Source: Giardia intestinalis (lineage: Eukaryota). From it: a stretch of DNA of 64,000 nt. This document shows, in pieces, positions 32,556 to 42,549 of the stretch; the first letter of the stretch is position 1, and each line of letters begins with the position of its first letter. The notes beneath the pieces are model-generated. The model was not told where the DNA came from. It did no database searches and was given only the letters and a program-made list of their open reading frames with translations. The stretch lies in the NCBI GenBank assembly GCA_000002435.2, contig CM018793.1; one strand, 5' to 3'. The position numbers were made by a program, and so were the translations under genes.

Positions 32556-33326
32556 CTAATAGTATATGCCTTTCGTTGAGGACTTTTTCGTAAGCACTTT
32601 TTGTAGCACTGATAGCCGTCTGCTAAGCTGATCGTTCAATATCAAGAACCCTTCTGTAATGTTCAAGTAGCTGTCATATATGTCATTTATCCGTGTGCAG
32701 TCCATGTAAATCATTGCAAAGTAGGTGTCCAAGACGGGGGTCTTGCGAAGGTGCTTGATAAGAGCCCCTCGCGCCGTGTGATATGTGAGTACCTCAGAGG
32801 TAGCGTTCTTCACATCTCCGATAAGCTCGTCGATCGTTTCGATAAGCTCATCAAGTGCCTCCTTTAGGTCGTGGTCTTCTGCAAGACGATTCTTCAGGAC
32901 AAGGGTGTTCAGCCATCTCATGATTCGCATTAAGGCTCTATTCAAAACCGGTAACTCTTGATCCAATCGCTGCTGAAGTTCAACAATCTCTGGAACCTGC
33001 ATGCATACCTTCTGGATATTTAGGTGAGACGTTGGATCGAATGCCTCCAAGAGTTCCCGAGTTATCGCCAACTCTGGATCGGTGGTTGAGGAGTCCTCGC
33101 CAATAAGCAAGTTTGTCTCGAGGCGAACACAAAGCTGCTCGGAAAAGTGAGGTTGGAAGTAGGGGCAAGAAATCAAAAAGTCGTGAATGTCGATAGTCAG
33201 TGCAGGGAGAGCATACACGACAATGTCCAGAGCATCCTCCTTATTAGCCTTCCCGAGCGACTGATACTCCTTTTTCAGTTCTCGGGCCCGCTCAGAGGCT
33301 CGGATTGCCCCCGGCTTATGGTCCAT
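32556..33326 (-). CDS. Hypothetical protein (256 aa), acidic helical
   Basis: Complete ORF with a true ATG. It is tightly spaced from flanking genes. No family motif was recognised. Confidence 0.5.
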   Translation of the reverse strand: MDHKPGAIRASERARELKKEYQSLGKANKEDALDIVVYALPALTIDIHDFLISCPYFQPHFSEQLCVRLETNLLIGEDSSTTDPELAITRELLEAFDPTSHLNIQKVCMQVPEIVELQQRLDQELPVLNRALMRIMRWLNTLVLKNRLAEDHDLKEALDELIETIDELIGDVKNATSEVLTYHTARGALIKHLRKTPVLDTYFAMIYMDCTRINDIYDSYLNITEGFLILNDQLSRRLSVLQKVLTKKSSTKGIYY

Positions 33327-33337
33327 CTGTTTATTTA

Positions 33338-33976
33338 CTAGCGTTTTAAAAGGCCCACAATAATAACGGTTAATGTCCCAACCCCCAACACAGATAAAAG
33401 AGTGGTCATAATGATACGATGCTTGTCAACCGTACGCTTAATCCGCTTAGCTGCCAGGATGCCCTCAAAGAAGGCTTCTTCTGCTCGCTCTCCGCCTGCC
33501 CGTGCGTGCTCAATCGTCTCTTTCTGTGCATTGAGGTTGTCAAGCAGATCTGCGCCAGTCTCTAGAGCGGCATGAGCCTGAGCCTTGGCCCGTTTAAGCT
33601 CATCCTCTTGTCTGCAGAGACTACTCATAAGTGCGGGGTGGTACTCCCGCTGACCATGCGTTGCGGGCGCCGGACTAAACCCAGTGGGCTTCGAAGCAAC
33701 CTTTGACACATCTATTAGGTTTCCAAGTTCCTCCAGCTCTGTCTTGACCTTGAGTTGATCTGACAGTAGAGTGTCTTTCGCAGCTTGAGTGGTGACCCTA
33801 CTAATCTGCGCTCCAAGCCGATTGTATACAGTCCAGGCTGTACGAAGACTCCTAGAGGCATATTGCAGCGTATCATCCCGCGTGAATGGATCTTCATCCT
33901 CGGCTTGGGAAAGGTAGCGACGTGCATCTTCTAAAAGCGTTCTTATCTCTTGAAGAAAGCCAATAGCAACCTCCAT
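33338..33976 (-). CDS. Tail-anchored Q-SNARE-like protein (212 aa)
   Basis: There is an N-terminal helical region and a heptad SNARE-like segment (LLDNLNAQKETIEHARAGGERAEEAFFEGILAAKRIKRTVDKHR). A single C-terminal TM follows (IIMTTLLSVLGVGTLTVIIVGLL), with only 2 residues after it. This is a typical Qb/Qc SNARE topology. Confidence 0.5.
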   Translation of the reverse strand: MEVAIGFLQEIRTLLEDARRYLSQAEDEDPFTRDDTLQYASRSLRTAWTVYNRLGAQISRVTTQAAKDTLLSDQLKVKTELEELGNLIDVSKVASKPTGFSPAPATHGQREYHPALMSSLCRQEDELKRAKAQAHAALETGADLLDNLNAQKETIEHARAGGERAEEAFFEGILAAKRIKRTVDKHRIIMTTLLSVLGVGTLTVIIVGLLKR

Positions 33977-34001
33977 AATTGCCAGTTTTTTGAATTTTAT
34001 G

Positions 34002-34805
34002 CTAGAAAACCAGTTCCTCCATGGCAGACGACTCCTCTGTCGCCTTGATGCATGCCTCCGTTAGCATAGCATCCTTTTCGCGCTCAAGCTCTGGAATAAG
34101 AGTCTGCAGCTCGCGGTGGTACGCTAGAAGTTGGCGATAAGTGTCCTCCTGGGACTCGAGTCTCTGGGACATGCGCTGGTGCTTGGCCAGAAATATTTCT
34201 GTGTTCCTGTATTGGTCTTCTATGTCATCTATCGCTAGCTCTTCCTTGAGCGCCCGGATTTTGTACTTTATCTGCGAGATGCTATCTGCTAGGCTCTTTG
34301 CCTTTTTCTCCAAACGAACGGTGTCAGGTATGTGGAATGACGGAGAATCTTTTGTGACATTTCTAGCGTCATCTTGATGTGAGACTTCTGCAGCCAAGCC
34401 GTGACGAGCGCTGCGTGGCCTCTCAGAGATTACGTTATGAAATGGCGAAGAAGGGCGCCGCTGAGTACCTATATTTCTAGGCGGTACTGATGTTCCACGA
34501 AGTGGCTCTGTAAACCCGCCTTCGGGGGCTGTAGAGGCCTTGGAGAGCTTATCCACCGTCAAGCGGAGGCGGGATATAAACGCAACGTTGGCCTTAAAGT
34601 CTCCGGTAGGATCGCACACAACTGGGCCGGAATAATGCTCCTGGTAAGAGAGAGATGGATCGAGAGAGTGGAGCAGCTCTGCGGCCTGGTGCCGGATGTC
34701 GTCTCTAATTTTAAAGTAAGAGTCTGGGGAACAGTTCTTCTTGAGACTAAGCACTTGGAGATCTATGACTTGTTTGCGTAGACTTGCCAAAACATCAACG
34801 GACAT
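34002..34805 (-). CDS. Hypothetical coiled-coil protein (267 aa)
   Basis: Complete ORF with a true ATG. The C-terminal half is heptad-rich (KAKSLADSISQIKYKIRALKEELAIDDIEDQYRNTEIFLAKHQRM...). Confidence 0.5.
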   Translation of the reverse strand: MSVDVLASLRKQVIDLQVLSLKKNCSPDSYFKIRDDIRHQAAELLHSLDPSLSYQEHYSGPVVCDPTGDFKANVAFISRLRLTVDKLSKASTAPEGGFTEPLRGTSVPPRNIGTQRRPSSPFHNVISERPRSARHGLAAEVSHQDDARNVTKDSPSFHIPDTVRLEKKAKSLADSISQIKYKIRALKEELAIDDIEDQYRNTEIFLAKHQRMSQRLESQEDTYRQLLAYHRELQTLIPELEREKDAMLTEACIKATEESSAMEELVF

Positions 34806-34923
34806 GCCCCAGATCCCAATGCCCTCGGCAGTTCAGCTCCAAAAATTGAAGTTTGAATTTTTAAATGTGAAAACTCTCTAAAATATATGAAAAATAAGCA
34901 ATCCGCGAAGATTCATTGACACT

Positions 34924-36132
34924 CTAAGTGGATGCCCTGTAAGACATGCCAACTTTGGGGCTGACGCTACGACCGAGGTCAAATAAGTCGGAGTACCTTC
35001 GATTCTCATATGTCGAGGAGGAATCGCGAAGATAGCTTTTGCTGGAATCCACCAGTGAGTTGGTAGATCTGTAAACTGGGCTAGATGTTAAACTATCCAC
35101 TCTTCGCTGCATTGACTTCAGCTGTTCTAACTCCTCCACAAGAGATTCAAGCCGCTTGTGCATATACAGTATATTTGCATTGACTGTTTCGCAAGCAGCC
35201 CCTGTCACCTCCTCATTTGGATAGGTGTGCTTGAATAATGATGAACTACATATTTCTTTATATCTATTTTTGTAAAAGCAAAGCTCTGCTGCCAACGCTG
35301 TTGTATCTGTCCTGGCGAGGATATCTCTTTCTATGTTTTGCTCGTGTTGATGCAGCCTCGTAACATAGTGTTTTCGGAGAGCTGCCAGCTCTGCCTCACG
35401 ATCTAAAAGACTTATCTGGAGCTTCTTGATCTCCTCACGCTTGAGGTTTGCGATAGAGACTAGATCTTTGTCATCAGAGTAGTCTGCTCCCAAGAGAAGC
35501 GAAAGAGCACCCTTCATCCGCTCAGCTTTTCCGCAGAGAGAATTGTACTTGAGCATGACCTCTGCAGTATCTACGGCCTCTCCAGACTGCGCTCTTGACA
35601 TGAGGACCAAGACGGATGCCGTTCGGTCGGACGCCCGGTTAGAAGAGGCAAGCACCTGTTCTGGTGAATGCTTACCTGAGCCAGCCAAGAGAACAGCAGA
35701 CTCGTAGGAGTTTGTCCGCGCTGCATAGTCGAGAGCAGTCATTCCATCCTCGTCCTGGGCTCCGTCATAGTAAGGGAGTAAATGGAACAGCGCGCCGGCA
35801 GCATTGTTTTCTGCAGCTATCATCATAGCGTTGACCTTCCTCCGTGCAAGAAGCTTTGCCTCATATGGCGCCAAGATTGCAGTGATGTCGGCCATATTCC
35901 GGGCTGCAGCCTGCATCAGGGCTGTCGATCCATTCTTTCCATGGAAACATCCTGCCTCTTGCGGGGCAAGAACAGAGACAAGGGCCGTGTCGCTGTTTTT
36001 GATGGCGCACATCAGGGCTGTTTCTCCATATTCATTCATGGTCTTTGCATTGCGCTGGAGCATATGAATAACAGTGTTTATATCCCCCGCGTTAACTGCA
36101 CGGAACCAGGTCTCTCGTGGGGGAAAAAGCAT
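34924..36132 (-). CDS. Ankyrin-repeat protein, Giardia Protein 21.1 family (402 aa)
   Basis: Multiple ANK repeats are present (GETALMCAIKNSDTALVSVL, GSTALMQAAARNMADITAIL, VNAMMIAAENNAAGALFHLL, GMTALDYAARTNSYESAVLL). A coiled-coil tail follows. The true ATG is at 36132. Confidence 0.8.
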   Translation of the reverse strand: MLFPPRETWFRAVNAGDINTVIHMLQRNAKTMNEYGETALMCAIKNSDTALVSVLAPQEAGCFHGKNGSTALMQAAARNMADITAILAPYEAKLLARRKVNAMMIAAENNAAGALFHLLPYYDGAQDEDGMTALDYAARTNSYESAVLLAGSGKHSPEQVLASSNRASDRTASVLVLMSRAQSGEAVDTAEVMLKYNSLCGKAERMKGALSLLLGADYSDDKDLVSIANLKREEIKKLQISLLDREAELAALRKHYVTRLHQHEQNIERDILARTDTTALAAELCFYKNRYKEICSSSLFKHTYPNEEVTGAACETVNANILYMHKRLESLVEELEQLKSMQRRVDSLTSSPVYRSTNSLVDSSKSYLRDSSSTYENRRYSDLFDLGRSVSPKVGMSYRAST

Positions 36133-36162
36133 GGGTCCAAAATTACTTTTTGCTCTTATGAA

Positions 36163-39100
36163 ATGGCTCTTTTCGACGGCTCACGCCCCGTATCTGTCCA
36201 TGACATAAGGCAGTTTACCGCTCGGGAGACTAGTAATGCTAGAAGGGTCGTTGCTGCCACAAAGCTCGTGCATTGGTACCGAAATGCACAGCTCAGAAAG
36301 TACGCACGGATCCGTCTCTCCCTTCAAAAGGCCTACTATAGAGGCCTGGTAAGAATGACATTTACGCGTTGGATTCGGTATTTTAGAATTTTGAAGACCT
36401 CTAGGACACGGATTTATCGCTACATTTTTGACCAATGGAGAGAGTCTATAAAGGAGACAATTACATCTGTGCGTTACTATGAAATGAAGCTGCTTGCACG
36501 TGTCTTTTTTCTCTGGCGGATGGATTCAGGGAGTCGTATTTGCTATATGGAATTATTGACAAAGGACAGAGGGCTTGATCCACACGTGAGGCAGCGCCTT
36601 GAAATGTTAAAGCTTCGTAGTATCTTGCTGTTCTGGCGTGCCCGGCAGGTGCTATCAAAGTGTCTCAACATCGGTTTGGAGCTGACTGTGAGCATAGGTG
36701 TAGTCGCCAGCAAGGTACCTCAAAGCTCTTCCAGCCCCATCTGGAAAGGGTATCTATATTATCTCAACTCTTTTGGGGTCATAGAATCAACGATATCTTC
36801 TAAGCTATCTGCAAGGCTCTTGTGGGATTCGTTTGCTAGCTGGAAGCATAAGGCTGTTACTATCTTGCGGAGAAAAAAGTTGGAGGTGGGGGTGCGTGAA
36901 CTGGAACTGAGATGGCTTCGGCCATTCTTCAAATCATGGGTTCTACTCCACCGGACTCGCCTCTACATTCTTGATCACGCAATTGTTCGGTGGCAGCTAG
37001 TTCTTTCTGTACACATTAGGCATGCAGAGGCAGTACGGGCTGCACTTGAGCTTCGCAAATATGCGCTCAAAAGGAGCCACTTCAATAGCTGGACAAGGTA
37101 TCTCTTTGCCCGTGAGCTGCATGCCCGTCACCATTGTTTAGAGAAGGTTTATGGCATGGCAGATAACGGTCACGAGAGGAGCTTTGTGTGCTCTGGCTGG
37201 TTAAAGTATGCTCTGTTCTTTGTCCACAGTCTCTTAAAAGATTATTGCCTGCAAGCAACTGCATTCAGATGCCTGCACAAGCTTAGATGTGCCATTGACG
37301 CCCCTAGGTGCTGGCGGAGGTTGACCGTGCTTGCTTGCGGGACCTATTATATTAGTCGCTTGCGCCTTTATCTACGGGCGTGGGCCTTTGTTGCTTTTAA
37401 GATGAAGACAATAGAGAAGAGACAGCGATCGTTTTGTGCCATCGACGACATTGTTTTCCAGCCTGCAGATATAAAGCTGTTGCATGACAAGCACAATGCT
37501 GAGCTCGCATGTCCTGAGAGTCTCTTTCTCATGGGGCTGATCTCCAAAAACAGTAGGATCCAGCCTCATCGTCTGGCGGTTCTGTGCAAAGGGGACAAGC
37601 ATAATTGCTTATTACTAATGAAGCTACGCAGGTATATCTCCTATCAGCCAACTGGAACTATACACTGTTTGTATAGGGGGCTGGATGATAGTGACGCGAT
37701 GGCAAGCGTAGATCGACTTTTATTTAAGTTTGCCATTGTGGCCATGACACGCCTTGGTAGCTATAATACCTGTTACATAGAAGCATATCGGAGTGAGTCC
37801 ACACTCAAACTAGAGAACCCTGCACAACATCGTCAAGCTATGGCACTGGTCCAGCGGAACCTAGCAATACGATATCATGAATTTTTAGCCGCAACCGATC
37901 TACTCTATGCTGATCTCTACACTAATGGACCCCAATCCCCTTCTGAAAAGAGGATTGGTGCATACATCTCTGGAAAATTTCCTCATATTAGAAAGGCGCT
38001 GGACACAGAGTCGGTTACTCTATTGACGACGGCCTTTCTGCTAGAGACACCAGCTATCATGTTTACAGATAGAAGAAGTGTGATCTCCTCTAGCTTCTTA
38101 CTACAGACGTGGATGGGACACAGGCAATCCTACGCCTCGCAACAAAAAGACAGGCCGCACCATGAGGACTTTCTTCAGTCTATTACCGCAGATTCTATCT
38201 CTATTGTTGATAATGTATATTTTACGGGGCTAAGTCGCGACTTTAATGCAAAAGGAGTGACTACGCTACTAGGCCCCAATGTTTTCCCTGTTGACAACTC
38301 TATTACCGCAGCAGAACGTGCTTCTTTATGTATGCAGCTCGAAGTGATAAAGAACAAACGCTTTTCTGTTTCGTCAGAGGCAGAGTGCTGGCTTCTGGGC
38401 GCTATTGCCAGTGCATCAGAGCGTGAGCTCCAGCTGTCGGCTATTTATAGAAGAAGACTTTATCTAAGACAAGCATCTCGTCTCCTAGCCTCGCCAATCC
38501 GCCAAGTTCCCTCGCAGCTCGCCCCTCTCGACGCTCTCGATAATGATGTTAGCAACGTCTCTGTTGCACCAGACGAAGAGCCTCTAGGCGTCACACATCT
38601 GTTTCAGCGTGCTCGAACCATCCAGGTGGATCGCTTTACAACAACATTGATTTCGACGGATGCAACACGTGTCACAGTGGACGAGATGAAGCATCTCGTT
38701 GAAACTGTGCGAACATCTGTTGTACATCCGTCTCTACTTACATACATAAATGCAAAAGCGCCGGAAGGTGAAGCAGCAACCACAATGGAGATTGCCGTTC
38801 CGGTCGAGTTAGAACCTCCAACCAGATCATTTGATGAACTCCTGAAGCTAGAAAGGAAGATCACTAGTACCGCCGTGAGAATTATAGAGAGATCATTCAG
38901 TATTGCTCCCCTTAGCCAAATCAACACAGGGTCGTTTTGTATGCTCCCAGATGAGCAATTGGTTAATTCATCTGATTTAAGCTTTCTGCAATCTTCGCAA
39001 CTACTTAGTAGGCAGAATTCTTATGTATCTCCATCTTTTGAGCAATACTCCCGTCCAACGGGACAGCACTTAAAGCCACGAAATTCTACCAAGAATTCCA

Positions 39101-42100
39101 CACAGGTGGACAAGTCTCGGCGCTTATCGTCGAAGAAGAAGTCTAAGCGTAAGTCAGGGAGCCTTTCTGCACACCCTGTTGCCAAGCAAAAGAAGTCTAA
39201 GCCAACTCATGGCATTCGCAAGTTAGAGCAAGGGAGGGTGTGTAGGACAGCAAGCTCTCCCAATAAACGGAAAGAAAAGGCCTATACAGCTATTGAGAGA
39301 GAGTGCTCGTTTTATTCTCATGATTCTAGTACTTCCTATCAAACTATAAGCACGGGTTCCTTCCATATACATGCCTCTGATGATACTCATGATGATGCAT
39401 CTCATGAAGCCGTCAATATACACGGACAAGCACATATGCCATCTGACAGCGACGCGTCTAAGCCAACAGTGAGCCTTCGTCCATACCCCTCCTACTACTC
39501 CTCTATTGCAGATGGGAGGCTGTCCTCTGGGCGTGCATTTTTGGGGAAATTGTCTAGCAGGCCTCAAACAACGGCTCCTTACTTAACTAGGCGCATAAAT
39601 AACAGTCAACGTAGCAGCGATACAGAGAGTTCTGACGATATCAAGTTCCAAAAGCAGCACAGGGTAGCGTCTGCAATAAGCTATGGAGCTCATACCAAGA
39701 AAAAGCATGAACTAGGTGGGCACAGTGCTGGCTCTAGTATAACAACTGTCGCCCCTACCACTGCGTATGTTGACGCAGCCTTGCCAACTAAGCAATTCAT
39801 TGAGGCACGGCTGACCTCTGGTCAGTTCACTTTAGATCTCTTGACACGCTACCAAAGGACACTTCTATCCCTTCGTATTTGGAAGAAATCGTTCCAGTGT
39901 TCAACGTATATCTTGCCAGAGTCTATCACATTCTTCCCAGAGATGGATCTCAAGTTCTATGCTCTCTCATCTGGACGAGCAGTTTTGTCACTGGATACAA
40001 TCATTGACACAATTCTCTATGACAACATTATGTTTTTGTATGACAACGAAGACCCGGATGAAGTGTTCCGAGAGATCTGGCTGACAGATCCTCAATTTGT
40101 TGACGTGAACACGCAGGACAATGCTATCTCCGTACCTTCAATTGTTCACCTGCACTTCACTAGGTTCTGGGACTACATAAAAATGCTATCGGATGAATAC
40201 ACATATGAGATAGCGTATGAAGGTGATTGTGCACTAGGAGACAAAGTTCTGCGCCCTACACGTTCTGCACCGATCCTCTATGGCAGAATGCTGTGCTGCT
40301 CGATGGCTGAGGCAGCTAACATGGCTAACAGTCTTGCAGAAGCAGCAGTCTCGTCCTTATTATATAAAGCATCCTTCCCATCTAGTGCACGATCCCGCAG
40401 CGGAACGGCTGCCTTTTCACAGCTGACCCTTGATGACCTGAGCGCTGAACTTGCATTTAGACAGAGTGCCCGTTATAACCATTTTCTTGAGAAACTAACC
40501 ACAGCCCCGTCATGCACTTCTCTACCAACAACGCAGAGAAAACGCCTCTCAGAGTTAGCTACTCCACAGATGAGCAGTTCACGACCTTCACCTAGACCAA
40601 TATACTCCGTTGTTAATATGTCTCTGTGTGACGATAATGTAGTCGCTGTTAGCATTTCCTCCCCCCACCTTTGGTCACGAGAAGGATCATGCCCTCCTGC
40701 TGATTCATTTGCAGAGGTGGCAAGCCCTCGTCCGGACTCCCAGTCCCACAATCGGGCGTACAGGGGTCACCTTTCATACACCCCCAAGATGGCCCGTTTA
40801 GCAGTAGATACAGACATGATAACAATGCCGAGTGCTTCGCATTACCTCCGGTCAAGCTCAACGCCTTCTAAAATGACAATCCCCCAGCCTCTTAGTCATT
40901 TGACAATCGATGAATCCTTGCTTACGGTCAAAGCAGAGCCAGAGCTACCTATAGTTGCTCCGGAAATTAAGCCGTTTCTTATATCCAATAGCGTAACAGA
41001 AAGGTTCACGAGCACAATCCATAAGACAAAAGAGATCTCACCTTCTGGCATTAGAAAAATGCAAAGTGGAAAGATTGGGGCTCTGGCTTATTCTGAATCA
41101 CGAGAGGTCCTGTTGTCACGACCGGCGTCTAAAAGCATACTCGACAAAACTCCGTCACTGACTGGCATTCTCTCAGATAACAGGGCCGACTCACTGACTC
41201 CGCTGGACGACGCTCTTGATAGAGAGCTGAGATCGGCGACGTGTAGCACAAAGAACAAGTTATGTGGTGTGATAGAAGAAGGCACAGAGCCCTCCCCTAA
41301 TCATAAAGAGCAGGGTTCCTTTGAGTCCCTTCGCGATCTTCGTGATAGTCTCATGGTACATAAGTGGGGAGATATGCGTCTTCTTGGGCAGAAGGACACT
41401 AGAATATGCAGCGCTTCTGAGTGTACACGTGCTACTAGCAGCCCACAGTTAGGCCACCGTGGAGAGTCTCTAGACTGCACTAAAAAGAGAACTGTAAAGA
41501 TTGGTGACAACTACTCCTCGATAGCTTCGCTCGCAGAAGCTTCGCCTACACTCACGTGTCTTAGCATGGTCCAAGCAGACGACCAACCTCACACCCATGA
41601 ACAGGTTGGGGTGTACCAACCACGGATCAGCAAATCAGTTCAGCGAGATCGTTCTCCCAATAGGCCGTCCTCTGGTCTAAAGGTATTCTGCTCATCATTA
41701 CAGGCACCAGAACACAAGGTTGATGAGGTAAAGCATATGCAGAGGCAAAATAGGATATTGATAGAACGCATCACTCCCTTGCCATCCACTGATCAACTGA
41801 TTGAAAAGATGGGTCCAGCAATACCTTCACTAATGGCGCCAGTGAGCAACCAAGAAGACTTTGGGAGCCTGAAGTTTCCTCTGGGAGACATTGGGGAAAC
41901 CTGCAAACACGTTGCCCACCACAACAATCCAATTAACCTCCAGTTCAGCCTTGATGATGCAGCAGGTACACCCCATAAAGATACATATAAAAACACAGCA
42001 TTAAGCCATGGTTTGGAGGTAGTATCTATAACAAATGGCAAAGTAGCGGAAACTCCCGCAACTGAAGACCTTCCATCTAGATGCCCACGAATAAAAACCC

Positions 42101-42549
42101 AAATACAGGGAGTCCTTTTCAAAGGTAACCGGGAGTCGGCTCATCACACGATAAATGCATTGAAGAAAGATCAGGTTGTGCTGAGTGCAAAGCAGAACTA
42201 CAGGCAATGCCTCTTCAACAAATCCGTCAACTTCGAACAAAAGACTTTTAACAGCATCCTCCGTCCGCATGAGATAGATAACAAATATAAGGAACTGCGA
42301 GAAAAGGTAACGTCAAGAGTTGGATCGCGTGCACCCTCAAGGCTAAGCTCTAGAGGGGACTTTGACTCCAGTAAGGGCTCACCTCCACTTCGACCACTTC
42401 TTACTAGTCCGGGTCGTCGCCGTGAAAACCTTCTTGTGATAACCATGGACCCCCCTACGCAAGCTGAGACGACAACAGATGAGATGGAGTCAACCGACGT
42501 TGGAATTAGAATCAACGAACGGTTGTTTGGGATTGGTTATGTATACTGA
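36163..42549 (+). CDS. Sfi1-repeat (centrin-binding-like) giant protein, 2128 aa from first non-overlapping ATG
   Basis: The track ORF (35782) overlaps the ankyrin gene on the other strand. ATG 36163 (MALFDGS) lies 31 bp from the divergent ankyrin start, with an AT-rich spacer. About 12 repeats of ~33 aa each have a conserved Trp and basic residue (TFTRWIRYF, IFDQWRESI, FFLWRMDS, LLFWRARQ, FASWKHKA, FKSWVLL, HFNSWTRYL). They match the Sfi1 repeat pattern. A long low-complexity Ser/Thr-rich tail follows. Confidence 0.6.
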   Translation: MALFDGSRPVSVHDIRQFTARETSNARRVVAATKLVHWYRNAQLRKYARIRLSLQKAYYRGLVRMTFTRWIRYFRILKTSRTRIYRYIFDQWRESIKETITSVRYYEMKLLARVFFLWRMDSGSRICYMELLTKDRGLDPHVRQRLEMLKLRSILLFWRARQVLSKCLNIGLELTVSIGVVASKVPQSSSSPIWKGYLYYLNSFGVIESTISSKLSARLLWDSFASWKHKAVTILRRKKLEVGVRELELRWLRPFFKSWVLLHRTRLYILDHAIVRWQLVLSVHIRHAEAVRAALELRKYALKRSHFNSWTRYLFARELHARHHCLEKVYGMADNGHERSFVCSGWLKYALFFVHSLLKDYCLQATAFRCLHKLRCAIDAPRCWRRLTVLACGTYYISRLRLYLRAWAFVAFKMKTIEKRQRSFCAIDDIVFQPADIKLLHDKHNAELACPESLFLMGLISKNSRIQPHRLAVLCKGDKHNCLLLMKLRRYISYQPTGTIHCLYRGLDDSDAMASVDRLLFKFAIVAMTRLGSYNTCYIEAYRSESTLKLENPAQHRQAMALVQRNLAIRYHEFLAATDLLYADLYTNGPQSPSEKRIGAYISGKFPHIRKALDTESVTLLTTAFLLETPAIMFTDRRSVISSSFLLQTWMGHRQSYASQQKDRPHHEDFLQSITADSISIVDNVYFTGLSRDFNAKGVTTLLGPNVFPVDNSITAAERASLCMQLEVIKNKRFSVSSEAECWLLGAIASASERELQLSAIYRRRLYLRQASRLLASPIRQVPSQLAPLDALDNDVSNVSVAPDEEPLGVTHLFQRARTIQVDRFTTTLISTDATRVTVDEMKHLVETVRTSVVHPSLLTYINAKAPEGEAATTMEIAVPVELEPPTRSFDELLKLERKITSTAVRIIERSFSIAPLSQINTGSFCMLPDEQLVNSSDLSFLQSSQLLSRQNSYVSPSFEQYSRPTGQHLKPRNSTKNSTQVDKSRRLSSKKKSKRKSGSLSAHPVAKQKKSKPTHGIRKLEQGRVCRTASSPNKRKEKAYTAIERECSFYSHDSSTSYQTISTGSFHIHASDDTHDDASHEAVNIHGQAHMPSDSDASKPTVSLRPYPSYYSSIADGRLSSGRAFLGKLSSRPQTTAPYLTRRINNSQRSSDTESSDDIKFQKQHRVASAISYGAHTKKKHELGGHSAGSSITTVAPTTAYVDAALPTKQFIEARLTSGQFTLDLLTRYQRTLLSLRIWKKSFQCSTYILPESITFFPEMDLKFYALSSGRAVLSLDTIIDTILYDNIMFLYDNEDPDEVFREIWLTDPQFVDVNTQDNAISVPSIVHLHFTRFWDYIKMLSDEYTYEIAYEGDCALGDKVLRPTRSAPILYGRMLCCSMAEAANMANSLAEAAVSSLLYKASFPSSARSRSGTAAFSQLTLDDLSAELAFRQSARYNHFLEKLTTAPSCTSLPTTQRKRLSELATPQMSSSRPSPRPIYSVVNMSLCDDNVVAVSISSPHLWSREGSCPPADSFAEVASPRPDSQSHNRAYRGHLSYTPKMARLAVDTDMITMPSASHYLRSSSTPSKMTIPQPLSHLTIDESLLTVKAEPELPIVAPEIKPFLISNSVTERFTSTIHKTKEISPSGIRKMQSGKIGALAYSESREVLLSRPASKSILDKTPSLTGILSDNRADSLTPLDDALDRELRSATCSTKNKLCGVIEEGTEPSPNHKEQGSFESLRDLRDSLMVHKWGDMRLLGQKDTRICSASECTRATSSPQLGHRGESLDCTKKRTVKIGDNYSSIASLAEASPTLTCLSMVQADDQPHTHEQVGVYQPRISKSVQRDRSPNRPSSGLKVFCSSLQAPEHKVDEVKHMQRQNRILIERITPLPSTDQLIEKMGPAIPSLMAPVSNQEDFGSLKFPLGDIGETCKHVAHHNNPINLQFSLDDAAGTPHKDTYKNTALSHGLEVVSITNGKVAETPATEDLPSRCPRIKTQIQGVLFKGNRESAHHTINALKKDQVVLSAKQNYRQCLFNKSVNFEQKTFNSILRPHEIDNKYKELREKVTSRVGSRAPSRLSSRGDFDSSKGSPPLRPLLTSPGRRRENLLVITMDPPTQAETTTDEMESTDVGIRINERLFGIGYVY

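Noticed and set aside
35782-36162. Track start of the 2255-aa ORF at 35782, which would overlap the ankyrin gene on the opposite strand by 350 bp
   Set aside because: The first ATG downstream of the divergent ankyrin start is 36163, with an AT-rich 31-bp spacer. The upstream extension has no protein-like features and is simply open reading through the antisense of the ankyrin gene.
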